Source: Oopsacas minuta (lineage: Eukaryota; Animalia; Porifera). From it: DNA of 64,000 nucleotides. Below the pieces are notes generated by a model. That model saw nothing but the letters and a program-made list of their open reading frames with translations. It had not been told where the DNA came from and did no database searches. The translations under genes were made by a program, and so were the position numbers. Within the stretch, counting starts at the first letter, position 1. Every line of letters starts with the position of its first letter. The stretch is taken from contig JAKMXF010000122.1 of assembly GCA_024704765.1 (NCBI GenBank), positions 705,068 to 769,067 of the forward strand, written 5' to 3'. This document shows, one piece after another, positions 12,901 to 27,900 of this stretch.

Positions 12901-15900
12901 TTACCACTTCTTATTTTTCACTGTTGTTGAAAATTGAATCTTTCAATGAGCCCAGTTTCAGTGACAAACATCAACATTATATTTCTAATAAAATTCTAAC
13001 AATGAAAATAAAATGTCTTAATATATAATGGAACCTGACGGAATTTGATAAGGGAAAACAAGCTCAAATAAAAACAACATCTAATGTTTCAAGTTGATTA
13101 TAATTATCTTAAGGATCAGTCGGATTATCGCCCCTCCCAACAACGTGAATTGTCAATCTCCCAATTATCTCTCATCACCGTCATAGAATTGATCAGCATA
13201 CTAAAAAACTACTAGATGCTATACAATAGGGCCCTGTTATGAACATCCCCAATAAATTGTTTCCAGGAATATTTAGTGTCCTTACTGTACTATATAGTAT
13301 GCTTATCAATTTAATGACAGCGATGAGAGACAATGGGTAGATTGGAAACTACGTTGTTGGGGAGGGAGAACCATGTTGTTATTCATAAGGGATACCAAAA
13401 CAAGCGTTTTGGTATCCCTTATCAAATTCCATCAAGTTCCACTATTTATATTATAAATAATCTGCCACCATTCAGACTACGAAAATTATTGGCTACCGAC
13501 GGAATTATTATATTTTGAGTGCTTACATAAGTTGAACTCTGTCAAAATTAGAGCTTACAGTTGCAATATGTCAAGAATCTGAGTGAAAATAACTGAGATT
13601 AGTAGTTAGAATATCTAATAGTTGTCATTAGTGTGTTGTAGCTATGCGACTATGTATGTATATTTATGTACTTCTGTGGCTCAGCCATGAATAGAATTGG
13701 GAGGACTCTATGTCAAGAGCCACCTGGAGCCAATATATATATAATTAAATTGTAATTGTTGTCCGTCTGTCTGTCTGTCTATCTGTCTGTCTGTCTGTCT
13801 GTCTGTTTGTCGTTGTCAAGGAAAAGATTAATGGAATGTTGAATTGAATTCGAATTTCTCTATTCTGTTATGTCGCATAACTATGTGTTTATCGTATTTA
13901 TCAAGAAAGTTAACAGATTCGAATAAAACGCGACTAAATGTATCTAATGAGCTGATTATATATGTTCAACCATGGCTTACTTAATATACGGCCTTACATG
14001 TCACATTTCAGGGGTCAAATATGCGAACTCTAAATTGACAAATAGGGGGGTGTTCAACCGTTACATTGCTATTTTCTGTTATGCGTTTTCAACTTCTTTC
14101 TTATGTTTCCCTTCTTAAATTTACTTAGCTAATAGAAAAAGGTGAACAAGTGCGCTACACTGAAAAGCAAAACTGGCTACTCCAGTTCTAGTAGTGAGAA
14201 AAAAGCATTGCAATATTTCGTTTTCCCCTCAAAAACTAGATGTAATATAGGATAGATACTTTTATAAATCATGTTGATCGGAATCCAACCAAACACTCAG
14301 TAATATGTGAACTTATTAGTCTTGGTGAAAAATGCAACTTGAATGGCATCTGAATCCGGTACCAGGAATACATCTTGCCGAGTTAATGCAGAGTCCATCG
14401 TTGGTATCTACCAATACCAACAATAACTCGAAATGCTCCGAGAAAAAGAGTCTATCGAGAAGATGAATTAGAGACATTTCATGAAGAGGATATCATTGGT
14501 ACTTTATTTGATCTGAAAGAAAGTAATGCACCTCCTGGATTTCAATTTAAAAGGTCAGAAGGCCATATTCTGTTCCATAATTTCGTAATCGACGAAAAAC
14601 TCAATTTCTCAAGATATTGGAGTCGATTAAACCGACAGAGAGTTACACATTCAGCAATACATGGTATTTCACTTCCACTATCACAGTGGTTTGTTCAAGA
14701 ACATACGCACAACTCAAAAGAATCAGCATGTTAGTAAATTTCCATAGCTGAAAACCAGTATTCCAATTTGGACGAACTGAAAGAGAGGTAGTATTATCGA
14801 GCACAAAATAAGACCTCCTGATTCAGTAGCTATTATTAGCTATGCTTTCACTTATCCAAGCGATCAAAATATGAGGAGTGCAAAGTTTCATTATCCGCAC
14901 GCGATGTGATAATTATATCAACAATGATTCTTATCTAGCACTCCTATCCCGTGGCGGTATATTCGTGCCCTCACAAATTCTTTCCGACTTTGTTTGCATA
15001 CAAGATTTGCAAAATTAGATTACATTGAGATGGATATTCTAACGACTTCAATTCAAGTTAGAGATTCAGCAATAATAAGATGAAGTACGGGCCAAAAGTT
15101 CAGTGTATATGCGAAGGACGGATAGACAGGCTTTACTTTTGCCACAAATATAGTTATAAATATATATTTCAACAACAAACAGAAGATTGCAGCACATTCT
15201 TTTCGAAAAGAGAGAAATCTCTGAAATTTACCAATTTGTATAATAATTTGTATAAAATATAGGTTACTTATAAAGTATTACATATCATACGGATAAAAGT
15301 ATTATAACTTGGCTAACAATTGAGGGTAGATAAATACATTAAAGTAAATGATAATACAAAACAAATCATCTATATTTAAATTCGTATGAATCAAGGTACT
15401 TAACGAGAATCCTGTAAACCGCTGAGCAATTTTCGATGTAGAGACGAGAGCGACTATAAACAGTCTCGATATACCTGGCAAAACCAATTCTCATATTAAT
15501 CTGACTGTTAGATTTCGTAGCACATCGTCCAAGCTAATAGGGAACTCCCCGCAGTAGCTGCACTTAGTAGGATTCGGGGTTGTCCGGTTGGGTCAGATTC
15601 GGGTCCAGTTCCTGTTGGAAATTATGCGGGTGTTTGAGAGCACACTACTAACACACTATCGTTGCGATTATCATACTGCTAAATCAGTATATTTAAGTTA
15701 TGGTATAAGGAAAAATTCCACTAACCTAAGAATATTGTGCTTGAAGAATACGCCGAAAGGAGCGTCGCGAACTCCAATATAAATATATGATTCCAACGGG
15801 CCCAGTTCCAATATATTCCTGATTTAAGATTCCGTTTCGGGTTCATGTCGGGTTCGGGTAAGTTTCAGTCACAGATTGGGGGGAGCCGGGGCGGTTTGTC

Positions 15901-18900
15901 ACGAGTGAACCCGAATCCAACTCTGACCTGCACTAAAAATAAGAGCTATCCGTGTACTTGTATAATATTGGGATGATAATAGTAATACATAGTGATACGT
16001 ATAAATAAATAAGTGATTACCAACAAGTGTGACAAACCCGTGTTGCTAGTACTGGAGATTGTAAAAGGTCCACCATCATCATCAAGAGTGAAGAAAAATA
16101 CAGGATCAACATCCATATCTGAAACAACAAAGGTAGCAATAACTTCTCCATTAGTCAAATTTTCTGCTAAGGTCGGAGAATGTATAATTATAGAGTCGAA
16201 TACTGGATCATTATCATTGATATCAAGTAGTGTTACTACAGCCTGAAGAAATAATAGAATCAATAATAAATTAATGATATTTAGTATTGTAAATTTGTAA
16301 TCAAATGTGAATAAAAAGCTTTATACGCCATCGTGAAGGAAGGTCACTACGTAACTTCTATTATTTATGACAAGAAGAATTTCGGGTTATACATACATAA
16401 ACCCATCACTATTAATCAATCTATTAATAGGACTACATATATAATCACTTCCATTATATCGAACACGGATGTATGGCTTATCCGGTTATATCAAAGTCTT
16501 GAATTGTACAAATATGATCCCAACTGTTTGAAAGTAACATAAATTTCATTGTTTTTATCGAACTCCTCTTATAATTATTCCGGTAGCATGAGCTTCGATA
16601 CAACGGGAGTTGACTGTATTGTATACCATTATATTCGTTAATTACTTATTAGTAACTAAAGTGTGACCATTTTTATTCTTTCTATATGTCTATTTTTAAA
16701 TGAATCGCCCAAGGTTTCCAGATGTAAAGCTTAGGTGTTCAGATGAGGCTTCCTCTTTCAGGAGTGCTACCTCTCGATATGAAAAATCCACAATAATTAC
16801 TTAACAAGTTCTACCTATAAGCTGTGAAGTAAAGTAACCCACCATCAGTTAAACATCCCCCAACAAAAGAATAGGTGTAAAATGGGGACGCAGAATTTGA
16901 CCCAAAACGTTAACGCGATATTGTGAGGGTCGAAACAATTTTTTGTAGAATTAGATAGAAGGTGGAAATGACCTAGATTTAGTATCAATCTTGGTCAGAC
17001 CTATTGCAGGACCTCTCTGCTACCTTTAGTTGTTGGATGGTTTACTTTGGAGCGATATTTTGGGAGGAATGAATTTCGATGAAACTAGTCAAGTGTCTAA
17101 TTCCATTATCCAGAGACTCGTATAAATAATGGAATACACCATGATTGATAGGAGGTATATCGAATTGAAAAATGGAATTGGGGACACAAAATGTATTCAA
17201 CCATTGTTAAAGGAAATTTCGGGAATAATATTGAGTTTCCCTTAAGTGGAAGTGTTTCTAAATTGTAGAAAAACTCACACACATAATAAAGACAGTCTCA
17301 AAGAGTCAGACCTCTTAAAATGGAAGATCTCCACAAGGAACAACTCAGGAACCCCAAAATTGTCCCTATGTAGGTTTTCATGTACTATACAATACATTCA
17401 ACATTGCCTGGAGCTAGAAGACCCAATGCAGAATTTTGGCAAACAGGAAGGGTATTTTGGATTTTGGAGGAAATGAAGAGAGCTAAAAAGGATAAAAAGC
17501 TGGCATATCTATTTCTGCTAATCTACAATTGGTACATGTAGATATAGTACAAGAATCAATGGTGAATCTATATTATTAAATCTCAATGTTTGTTTGTTTG
17601 TTTGTTTGTCAGTTGTCAAGGAAAGGATTTATGGTATGCAATCTTGAAATTGTCGCATAACTATGTACGAGCCTTTGGCTCGTCGCTTCGCGATGAACTC
17701 GGCGCATTACGCCTTGAGGTATTCAACGGACAAACAACAATCGAGATTTAATAATATTGATGTTGTTTACAATATTCAGACTCAGTATACTCGATTACCT
17801 CAGTATAACCATTTAAAGTAAATTTCTACAACAATTTTGAAATTTGTTTACTTTATCTTCATAAAACAACAATAAATTTACATATGATTAATCCAAAAGT
17901 GTTGAAATCGGATTCAGCATGTTCGATATAGTTAGTGAAGTTTTATTGACTTATATTTACTTCCTTGATAAACACGAAAAATACATAGTTATGCTACAAT
18001 TTCAAAAGTGCATACCGTAAATCCTTTCCTTGACAACGGACAAACAAACAAACAAACAGACAACAATTGAGATTTAATAATTTAGATTTTTCGTGTTTAT
18101 CAAGGAAGTAAATAGAATTAAATACAACTTCATTAAATATATCGAACATGCTGAATCCGATTTTCACACTTTTGGATTAATGATATGTAAATTTATTGTT
18201 GTTTTATGAATGTAAAGTAAACAAATTAGCCAAATCTCAAAATATACGTACAGCCTTGCTCTACGGCTAACCAGAGGAAAACTAAGTACGCAAAATCCGA
18301 ATTTCGAATTTACGAGTTTCTCATATGTAAATTTATTGTTGTTTTTATGAACATAAAGTCATATTTCAAAATTGAGGTAGAATCATACTTTCAACGACTA
18401 TACTGGAATACTCGAGTATGCTGAGTCCGAATATTGTATTATAAACAACATATTGTGGATATTTGTTTACTTTTAGGTACATACAGTAAACAAATTTCAA
18501 AATTGTTATAGAAATATACTTTCAATGGTTATACTTAGGTAATCGAGTATGCTGAGTGTGAATATTGTAAACAACAATAATATTTAATCTTAATTGTTGT
18601 TTGTCTGTTGTTGGTCCGTTGAATACCTCGAGGCGCAATGCGCCGAGTTCATCGCGAAGCGACGAGCCAAAGCTCGCTATTTATAAATCCAAAAAATCAA
18701 ATAAAGTGAATTCTAACCGTTTCACAAACTGACATAGGTGTTGCTCCTTTATCAAAGGCACAAATCATGAGTGTATAGGAAGCTTGTGTTTCCCTGTCCA
18801 ACGCAGTACTGGTAGTAAGCCTGCCAGTTGTAGCATCCATAGTAAAGTCAGTTGAATTCACTGTGTACGAAATTTCTCCATTTGTTGTAGAGTCAAGGTC

Positions 18901-21900
18901 GGTAGCTGATACAAGCATAACAAACACATTAGCAGTTTCTTCAAAAATAGATGAAGCAATTGGACTACGATCTAGGAATGGAAAGACAAATGAAAGAGGT
19001 AATGATTGCAGGTGTTAAATTTGATTCTAAAAGTAGAAATTTGATTCATTGCCACTTCATTTCTGGATGGTTAGGGTTAACAAAGCTGAATAACGGGGTA
19101 ATAACAGTGAACTGATGGGGAACCCCTGATCTAGAATCTATATAAAGCTAACAAAAGTAAAGAACAGCTAGAATAAAAATAACTTAAAAAGTACATTTTG
19201 GTTAGTAAATGATATTTTTAAAGTGTATGTTTTCACACCTTTTTGTGATTAATCTTAATTTCATATATTTCTTTTGTAAATTTCAAAGTTCTATAATCCA
19301 TACATTTCTATGTAAAGTACAAATATCTAAATATTGGTAGAAACTTGCTCTCAATATATATATAGAGGTAATCAAGTTCGCTGAATTCGAATTTAGCATT
19401 TTCTATTTTCTAATGAGTAATATGTCAAAATAATGTTGTTTTAATGAATAAAAAGAAAATGAAAATTGAAATCTTCAAATAATTGTAGATAATTGCTATC
19501 AACGTATGTATGGGGGTAACAAATTTCGCTCAATCGATGGCCTAAGGGAAAATTACGTTGACCAGACGGTGGTTTGAGATTTTGAATTTGGAATATAAGT
19601 ATACATAGCTAATAATGCATAGATTATCGCTAATACAGCCTTAGCGATATTACATTGCTCAAATACTGTTATTGAAACAGTCTGAAGCTGCGTTAAGATG
19701 AAATCGCATAGTATCTATTCTTCTGCTGTTCGGATAACTTAAGTGTCGGTTAATCGCGAGGTTGCTATTAAGAAGATTTCATTCATCAATTAAAACTTAC
19801 CAAAAATAGGAGGATTGTCATTTATATCTAGAATCGTTATTGTTGCAAGTGTATTTGCTATTCTGGGGTCCACACTATTGTCAGAAGCTTCCAGAAGTAG
19901 ATAGTATACTTGTGTTGTTTCAAAATCAAATGGGACAGAGGTTGTGTATATTACTCCTGAAGAAGAATTAATAACAAATGAACCAGCATCGCCACTAGCA
20001 ATTGAGTATGTAACAACATCAGCATTGTCTGCATCAGTAGCAAATATCTAAAAGTTCACAAATATTCTATAATTAGAATAAAGAAAAATGTTCAGCAGAA
20101 TGACTGGGATTGCTTTTCGGCCTCTGGTTCACGTTTCTTACCCACGAACAAACGAATTAGTCATCAAACTTTCGAATTTTATTTCCAGAAGACGTATATA
20201 CTGTTAGTTAGGATAAAATAAAATGGTAAATACCAATAGGCATAATTATAAAGATTGACATACTGATAAATTTCTTAACTTCCCTCTAAAAGGGGAATTG
20301 AAATTAATAATCGCGCCAGCTACAATTCAAGGAAATTCGGTATGTCAACTAGCTTATCCCTAGTCCAGAAATTGTTAAGCGCGCCATTGTGTCGTGTATT
20401 GAATGTTATGGTAATAAGGATTATGTAGACTCATAAACCTATATATTCTACAAGTTAAATATATTTAATTAATCTAAAGTTATATATTTACCTGTAAAAC
20501 AGACACGTCGCTCCCAATACTTTCGTTAATGCTCGCAGAAAAGGTAGAAGCAAATACTGGAGGATTCTCATTTGAATCAGCAACTTCAATTGTTACCATA
20601 GTAGTCCCTGTTTTAGAATTGGTAACTGAAGAATCGGTTGCTATTATGTCAAACATAAATTGAGGATTATCATCAAAATTAACTTTAGCCTGGAGACTGA
20701 TAACACCTAGCAAAATAAATATAGTAGTTAGAAACACATGATAAGCAAAATTTTACTGAACAGCTACATTGGTTTGCACGTTTGAGTCATTGCTGGTGGG
20801 AAAAAAGTCTAATGAGAAAATCCGCGATCATAGCGAAAACAATAACAGATTAAAGCGATGGAAAACAAAGTATACGTATTGTCATAAATTTGATCACATA
20901 GAAGAGCAATATTTTGGCAATTCGTTAAGAGGGTATTTCACAATTTCAAACAAAAGGACAAAATACCATTCAAAGAACGTTTGGCTTGCTATAGAATTTC
21001 AATTTACAAGTAAATTAGTTAATTTTGGCAGATGATTAGGCATTGCCCTGTTGTGTGAAATTCAACTACCAGAACCATGGATACTGAAGATCAATACTAC
21101 TTAACTACTTAAGTTTCGACATGCGTTATTTCCAATTCCACCTCAACTGTTCGAAACCTAATAATTATTCACTTAAGGCAGTGCTTGTCAATATTCATCC
21201 ACAATATACGTATATACACTTGAACCTCTATTATCCGGACAGTGCCGGACCGGAGGGTACCCGGAAGTCAGAATTTTCAGTTCTCAAAATAGCATCAAGT
21301 CTATGGGAGATCCAATTATAGCAGATAAGATAAATATCGAGATGTATTTGGATTGATGAATCTAGGTGTATTAACGCTTTCAAGTTACAATAAAGGTGTT
21401 AAATATGAAGTACGAGTGAAGAGTCCTTTTGGGAGAATGGTGCCCGGTTGAGGGAGGTTCCCGTATCTCGGAGATCCGGATAAGAGGTTAGAGTGTACAT
21501 ATAAGGTATGATCAAGCCTACTAGACATATAGTCCAGCTGCTAAGCATAGAATTGTTCATTTTTTAAGAAAGTGCCATTTTGGTACAGATATAGCGTATG
21601 GTATTCGATAGGAAGGGGACACATCCTGGCTGGATCTTGCTTATAACGGGAAAAATTGCAGCCCCACAAAGTCCGTCTGCCTGAAGACTCTGAACACTGG
21701 GGAGAGATTAAAAAATCTGAATAACTTTCTCAAATGATTTATAATCGTGTTGTATTGCGATATTCGTAATCTGGGAAAAATTTCCCGTCAATTAAGTGGT
21801 CACTTGACCATATTAGGAGATGTTATTCCCTCAGAACGCAAAAATGCGTCAGGAATATGACAACAATCCAATCTCAAATTGTGTCCGAACCCCATCTAGC

Positions 21901-24900
21901 GGCTCCTGGTTCAACGTCAGTGTTCAGATCGAAGGAGATTAAGGCACAATTTTTCCTGATAAAGGAAAGATCCAGAGTGGGTCCCCCAAGGGCGGAACCA
22001 GGGGGGATGGGGGATGTATCCCCCATCACGATAAATTTACCCTGATATGAAATTATAATGGAATTAGAAAATCATGTAGTAAATTTTCGGCTTGCTGGCA
22101 TGTTGACTTCAATACAATATCATTCTTCAATACTCTATTCTCAGGAAAATATCTTATGTTATTTTACGATGGAAGTTGCGTGAGCTGAAACGCTAAATAG
22201 TGCTTGTCGTCCACCACTGGGGAGCTCATCCCCAGACCCCGGCTGGATAATTATCCACCCACCACTTGCAATTCCTGGATCCGCCACTGGGTCCCCTTCC
22301 CTATCGAATTAGGATACGCTACATTTGTGCCAAAAATGACACTTTCCTCAAATAATGAACATTTCAACTAATATCCTATAGTTTTTAGGTTGGACTAATA
22401 TTTGTTGTCAAATCTCAAGAAACTGTATCAAATAGGCAAAAATGTCCTTTGACACTTTAAATATACTTTTTACCTCAAAAGTACTATCAATTCGTTTCAT
22501 ACTTATAGATTCCGATGATTGGACACTTTTTGTCCAGTGTGGTATGTACCTGCCAGATTATTAACCTTTCAAAAATTCACATCTCTGCTAGTCTTATAAA
22601 TAATTAATTATTTTCTTTTAGGTAGCTGAAAAAATAAATAACACTTTCGTAAATAAGCTGGATGGTGAATATATGCAAACTCGAGTGCAAAAATTAGAAA
22701 TGGAGAGTCTTCATTTTGCAAACAACCTGTTGATGAATCAATCTTGAATGGAAAAGTTGCATCTTGGTTTGGTATTGAATAAGTAAACACTCCATCAGGT
22801 GTAGAAAAATCGTCCATATCTGTAGCAGTAACCACTCCTACAAGATAGTCTATTTCCTCACTCTCATCCATGTTGAATGTTGAACTGGCATTCGCAAAAG
22901 ATGGAGCATGTTCGTTAACACCAGTAACAGTAACAGTGAATGAAATAGAAGTAGTGAAAACAGGGGTGACTTTGTCTGTGAGCTTAATTAGGAAATATCG
23001 CAAATAAGTACTTTGAAGTGTGGATAATACAAGAATGATAGAGTTTTGAAACCTGGAAATTACTTCGAAATATAATTTCAATAAAATAATACAGTAAGTA
23101 TAAATATGTCAAACAAGAAGTGTTTGGGATTTCAGATCTACTCGGACATAAGCAGGATATTTGATATTAGTTTACCAGAATAAAGAATCTTGAAATATTC
23201 GTGTGTTTAAGAATTAAGAAATGGCAAATTCGAATAATATATTACAAATACTACTAATGGGATAAGTGTTAAATTATAGAATTTTAAATCTTTTTACCAA
23301 GTTAGTTGCTAGGTAAAAACACCTCCTTTAGAGGTTAAAACCTATATTTAAAACTATTTTAACATAATGATAAACAATATCCCTGTGTATTTTACTATCT
23401 CATAGCCCTTGATATATATATATGCTTCTGTTGGTTTGTGTATAAATACTAGTATAGATAAACGCAGAAAGGTGTCGAATTGGACAATGATAGCAAAGTT
23501 TCAAAGCTTATAAGATGCTTCCAAATATATAAGTGGTAGGGAGGATGGAAAGTTCTCGTATAAGTATCGATCAAGAGATTCTACTACTTATTTTGGAATT
23601 ACAGAGATTGTACCTCTTAACTAAAAGTATATCAACAGGGACGAGAATTAGTGAAAGTGAAGAACACGCTCTTACAGTCAATGATATCAAAATGATTCAC
23701 CCGTTAATCAATTGAAGATTGTATTGATTGTATTCTTACAATTAAACAACATAAATCAAGTAAATATGGTTCCTGCTTACTCAAGATTGTCAATTCAAGA
23801 TTTCCACTTTGGCAAAGCTAAAGGAATGGTGTGGATTGCATCCATTTTCAAGAGCTATTGAGCAATCGCCTGATGTTGATGCATTAATCTTATTTACATT
23901 ACCTCCAGGCCAGAGAATATGGACTGGTCAGTCTGTTTTTCCCCTATTAACCTCTAATATAAATAAATGAGTTTTGCGAAGGCTTGGAACGCAAACAATT
24001 TAAGTAGAGTGTGACGGCAACTACAAAAATAGTTTGTTTTGTTTCTTATTGTTCAATTCAACCATAAGAAACCAATGACATCAGTGGCGTATCCAGAGGG
24101 GGATTTGGGTGTTCAAACACCCCCTCATAACTGGTTTCCATAAGGGATATGTTGTTATTTATAATTCGAATTTCCTTAATAAGCGCAGAGCTTTTGGAAT
24201 CTTATTTACAGAATGCTATCCAATTTTCACAATTATTTTTTCAACTAATTTTCCAGCGATATCCCAGAAGACTCCAGATGACTAATGTATTAATTAGGAG
24301 AGTAAATCTGTATTCACTAAATAGTATAAATAAAATTATGTAACAAATTTATCATGTAATCTAAACATCTAAACAACTTTGGTACAACTCACAATTATTA
24401 CACTCTTCCTACTATTTGACAAGTAGAGCTGTACATCGATGTTTGAGCATCTAAGATTCAAAAAATTTTCTGGGAGGCTTGACCCCCCGCCAGGCCCCCC
24501 TTACAATCGCTCGCTTCGGTCGCTCCAGAACACCCCCTCACGATAATCCTGGATACGGCACTGAACATAAACTAATTTATAGTACTCGGTATATCCACCC
24601 AGTCTGGTGTAGATTTGCAAATAGGTGAGTTTAATTGGATTATTATACACAATACTAAATAAATGCACCTATTTGCTGTTAATTACCTAGCAAATAGGAG
24701 TTAAAATCGAACACTAGACTTAGACTCCTAAAATATTAGGTTTGGATACTACTCCCCTACTAACGAGGATATATAGACTTCTAGACTATATAATGTGGAA
24801 TGTCGATTAATATAGAAATAAACTCACAGTTATTGTCAAGGGATGCGTCTTTGCGGCCTCAAAGTCAAGAAGAAAACGAAGAATCAATGAAGCTGTAGAG

Positions 24901-27900
24901 GCACCATCTCCATAAATGATTTCAAATAAAGTTGTAGAGGGAGAGATAGTAAATCCTGTTGAATTTAATGTAAATTCTGTGGTCCCATCCTGATCTGCAT
25001 CCGAAACTGAAAAGGAACAAAATTCCCCAAGTGGAGTGTTCTCAGGAAGAGTTGTATTACACGATGAAACTGAGAACAAAGAAATATTAAACAAGAAATG
25101 GAAAATACAAATATAATTAAGAAATATTGTTTAATTATATAATTATGATAGAAATGGAAAGTCAGATGGAATTAGATTCGAAGGGAAATAGATTTTAGAA
25201 AAAATAACAGTATATGACAACTTTGGAACCAAAATCATGAAACTACAATATGTTAATAAAACACCAAAGAAGCTGCGTCATGATGTCAATATAGCAGGAT
25301 GAATAGCCCAGTAAAATAAGGATATATATACTGTCCAATCATAGCAAAAAAGTTCTGTTTTATAAATTTCATTAAAGAAAGTTTTCAGGCTCCAATGTTT
25401 GCGAATAAAACCTTTTAAGGTAAAAATCTAAGAATCAATTTAGAATACTTAAAAGTTCAAACGACCATCCTTCATCATATAGTATTGATGCCTTTATGCG
25501 ATGAAGTTAGCATTTAAACAATTCGAGTATTTTCCTAACTCGTTTTTTCGGAAAAGGACACATTATGTAATTATGTCCTTATTGTGCTAGGAAGTTTGAA
25601 TTTGTTCAATTACTTTAAAATCAAGATAATAAATACAACTTCTACCATGGCTTACTATAACTACGGCTTGCATAACAAATAATCATTTCCAGGCCAGTGA
25701 AAAATTTGATTTGACAGTAAATGCTTTCACAAATCGTCATGAATTGAACTATCATTAGGCTATCACATAGAAGACTATTGAGCATGATTAGTCAGTAATT
25801 CTAACCACAATGACTCATATAAAGTCACCTCCATATAAGGTAATTTCATAAATTTTTGCTGAAATTAAGCAAGATTTTCGGTATATAATCTGATATATAC
25901 AGTCAGGGGACAAAAGCATTCGACCACACAAATATATTGTCATAAATTGTATACTCTTTCCCGCTCCTATATATTGTGTAGTCTATATTCGTAGCTGCTA
26001 TCTAGTAATTTGTATAGAATAACATATGTTTTCAAGAATTTCAAAAAAATATTTTAGATTGATACTTTGAAGGTGTTAATTATTAATAATTATTAGATAA
26101 TTATTGATAATCAAAATATGTGGTAATTCAAAACCTATTAAGAATCTATAATTTCTGACTTGATATTTGAATTCTACGTAGGCGAGTTACCCCAGATTGA
26201 AATTTCCAATCGGATTGAACAATTTTTACCAGAGTTATAAAAGAATTTCAATTTGTCCCACTTGTGCCACTTTTTTCAAAAAGTGGCACAGGTGGCAGGA
26301 AAAAGCGCCACTACAAGGAAATCAACTAGGGTTAGGAGGAATAAGTCGAAGTAATATTTTCGAATGATATGACTATGCTAACCCTTGAATTCCAAAATAA
26401 CCTCTTGGTAGCGGCCACTTGTGCCACCTTGGGCAAAAGGTGGCACAAATGGCACAAAATTGAAATTCATCTATAACTCTGGTAAAAATTGTTCAATCCG
26501 ATTGGAAATTTCAATCTGGGGTAACTCGCCTACGTAGAATTCAAATATCAAGTCAGAAATTATAGATTCTTAATAGGTTTTGAATTACCACATATTTTGA
26601 TTATCAATAATTATCTAATAATTATTAATAATTAGCACCTTCAAAAAGTGTCAATCTAAAATATTTTTTTGAAATTCTTGAAAAACATATGTTATTCTAT
26701 ACAAATTACTAGATAGCAGCTACGAATATAGACTACACAATATATAGGAGCGGGAAAGAGTATACAATTTATGACAATATATTTGTGTGGTCGAATACTT
26801 TTGTCCCCTGACTGTATTAAAGTAAATACTTTCTAAATATCAATTCTTAATGCCAGTAACCAAATATACTTTGTATTTTTATAAAATATCACTGAAGAGG
26901 AAGACTATGATATTTGTAGTAAATCGCATTCTGTAACATTAAATTTCGACAAAATAAAGAAAATTAACAAAGTCTGCCTGCGAGAAACATATTCTAAAAT
27001 ACACTTTACAGTATTCTTTACGCTTGAAAGTAGTCGTGCTCTTATTCATGTTTAGTTTTGATTGGAAGAGAATCAAGACTCAGTTCTCACGCTTTGAAGG
27101 TTGGGTGTATTTTGTGCTATAAATTGATGTGAATTTTGATTGCGTCATTGTGGTTAGAATTACTGACTAATCCTGCTCAAAAGTGTCCTAGATGTTTCCA
27201 CAGTATTTGATAATCTAATAATAGTTGAATTGATGACGATTTGTGAAATTCTTCATGAAAAAGTCTAATATCAACAATGGCTTGGAAATTTATGGGAAAT
27301 TGTTTGCTTAGCTATCCATAGTCTAATAATGCATGGTTCAATTATAGCTTATTAGAAGCAAGATTACACAATTTATACCTTGGACATGAGAATAATACAG
27401 TGGAACTTCCTTAATAAGAACCCCAACGGACAGTCAAAATATGATCGCTTTATGCAGAATACGTATAAACCGGAGTAATATCAATTGAATAACCATTACA
27501 GGTACCCGATTATGTGTAAATATTTGTTCGTATAAACCGAGCTCTACTTACCTATGAAAATCCATTTATGATTATCGAAAAATATATAATGGAGCAAGAA
27601 ATAGATCGTAAAGCAAATGTGTTAAATATTCAATCAGTATGGATGATAAGGAGGCATTATTCGAAAGAAATACGAAAATTTCCAAAATTTAGGACAAATA
27701 AATAAACTGGACTCTTATTGTTTACAATGATTCGGCAGCAGGTATAGCCCATAGCCTACGTATAGCAATATTTTAGAAGCCCTGTTGGGGGAAATAATTG
27801 ATCTCCTAATTCACAGTCCAATTGCCATGAACATTCATACTTATATACATTTTGGGTCCAAACTCAGATTATTATTCAATTTCAGTCTAATGAAAACGAT

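Noticed and set aside
13330-17480. Possible LINE RT fragments near 13340-13500 and 17100-17470
   Set aside because: Only scattered residues (GIP, INNLP, EFWQ); too degenerate without a search.
23764-23970. ATG-less 68-codon open frame (KLKEWCGLHPFSRAIEQ...)
   Set aside because: No recognisable motif, start or splice context; could be chance or a TE relic.
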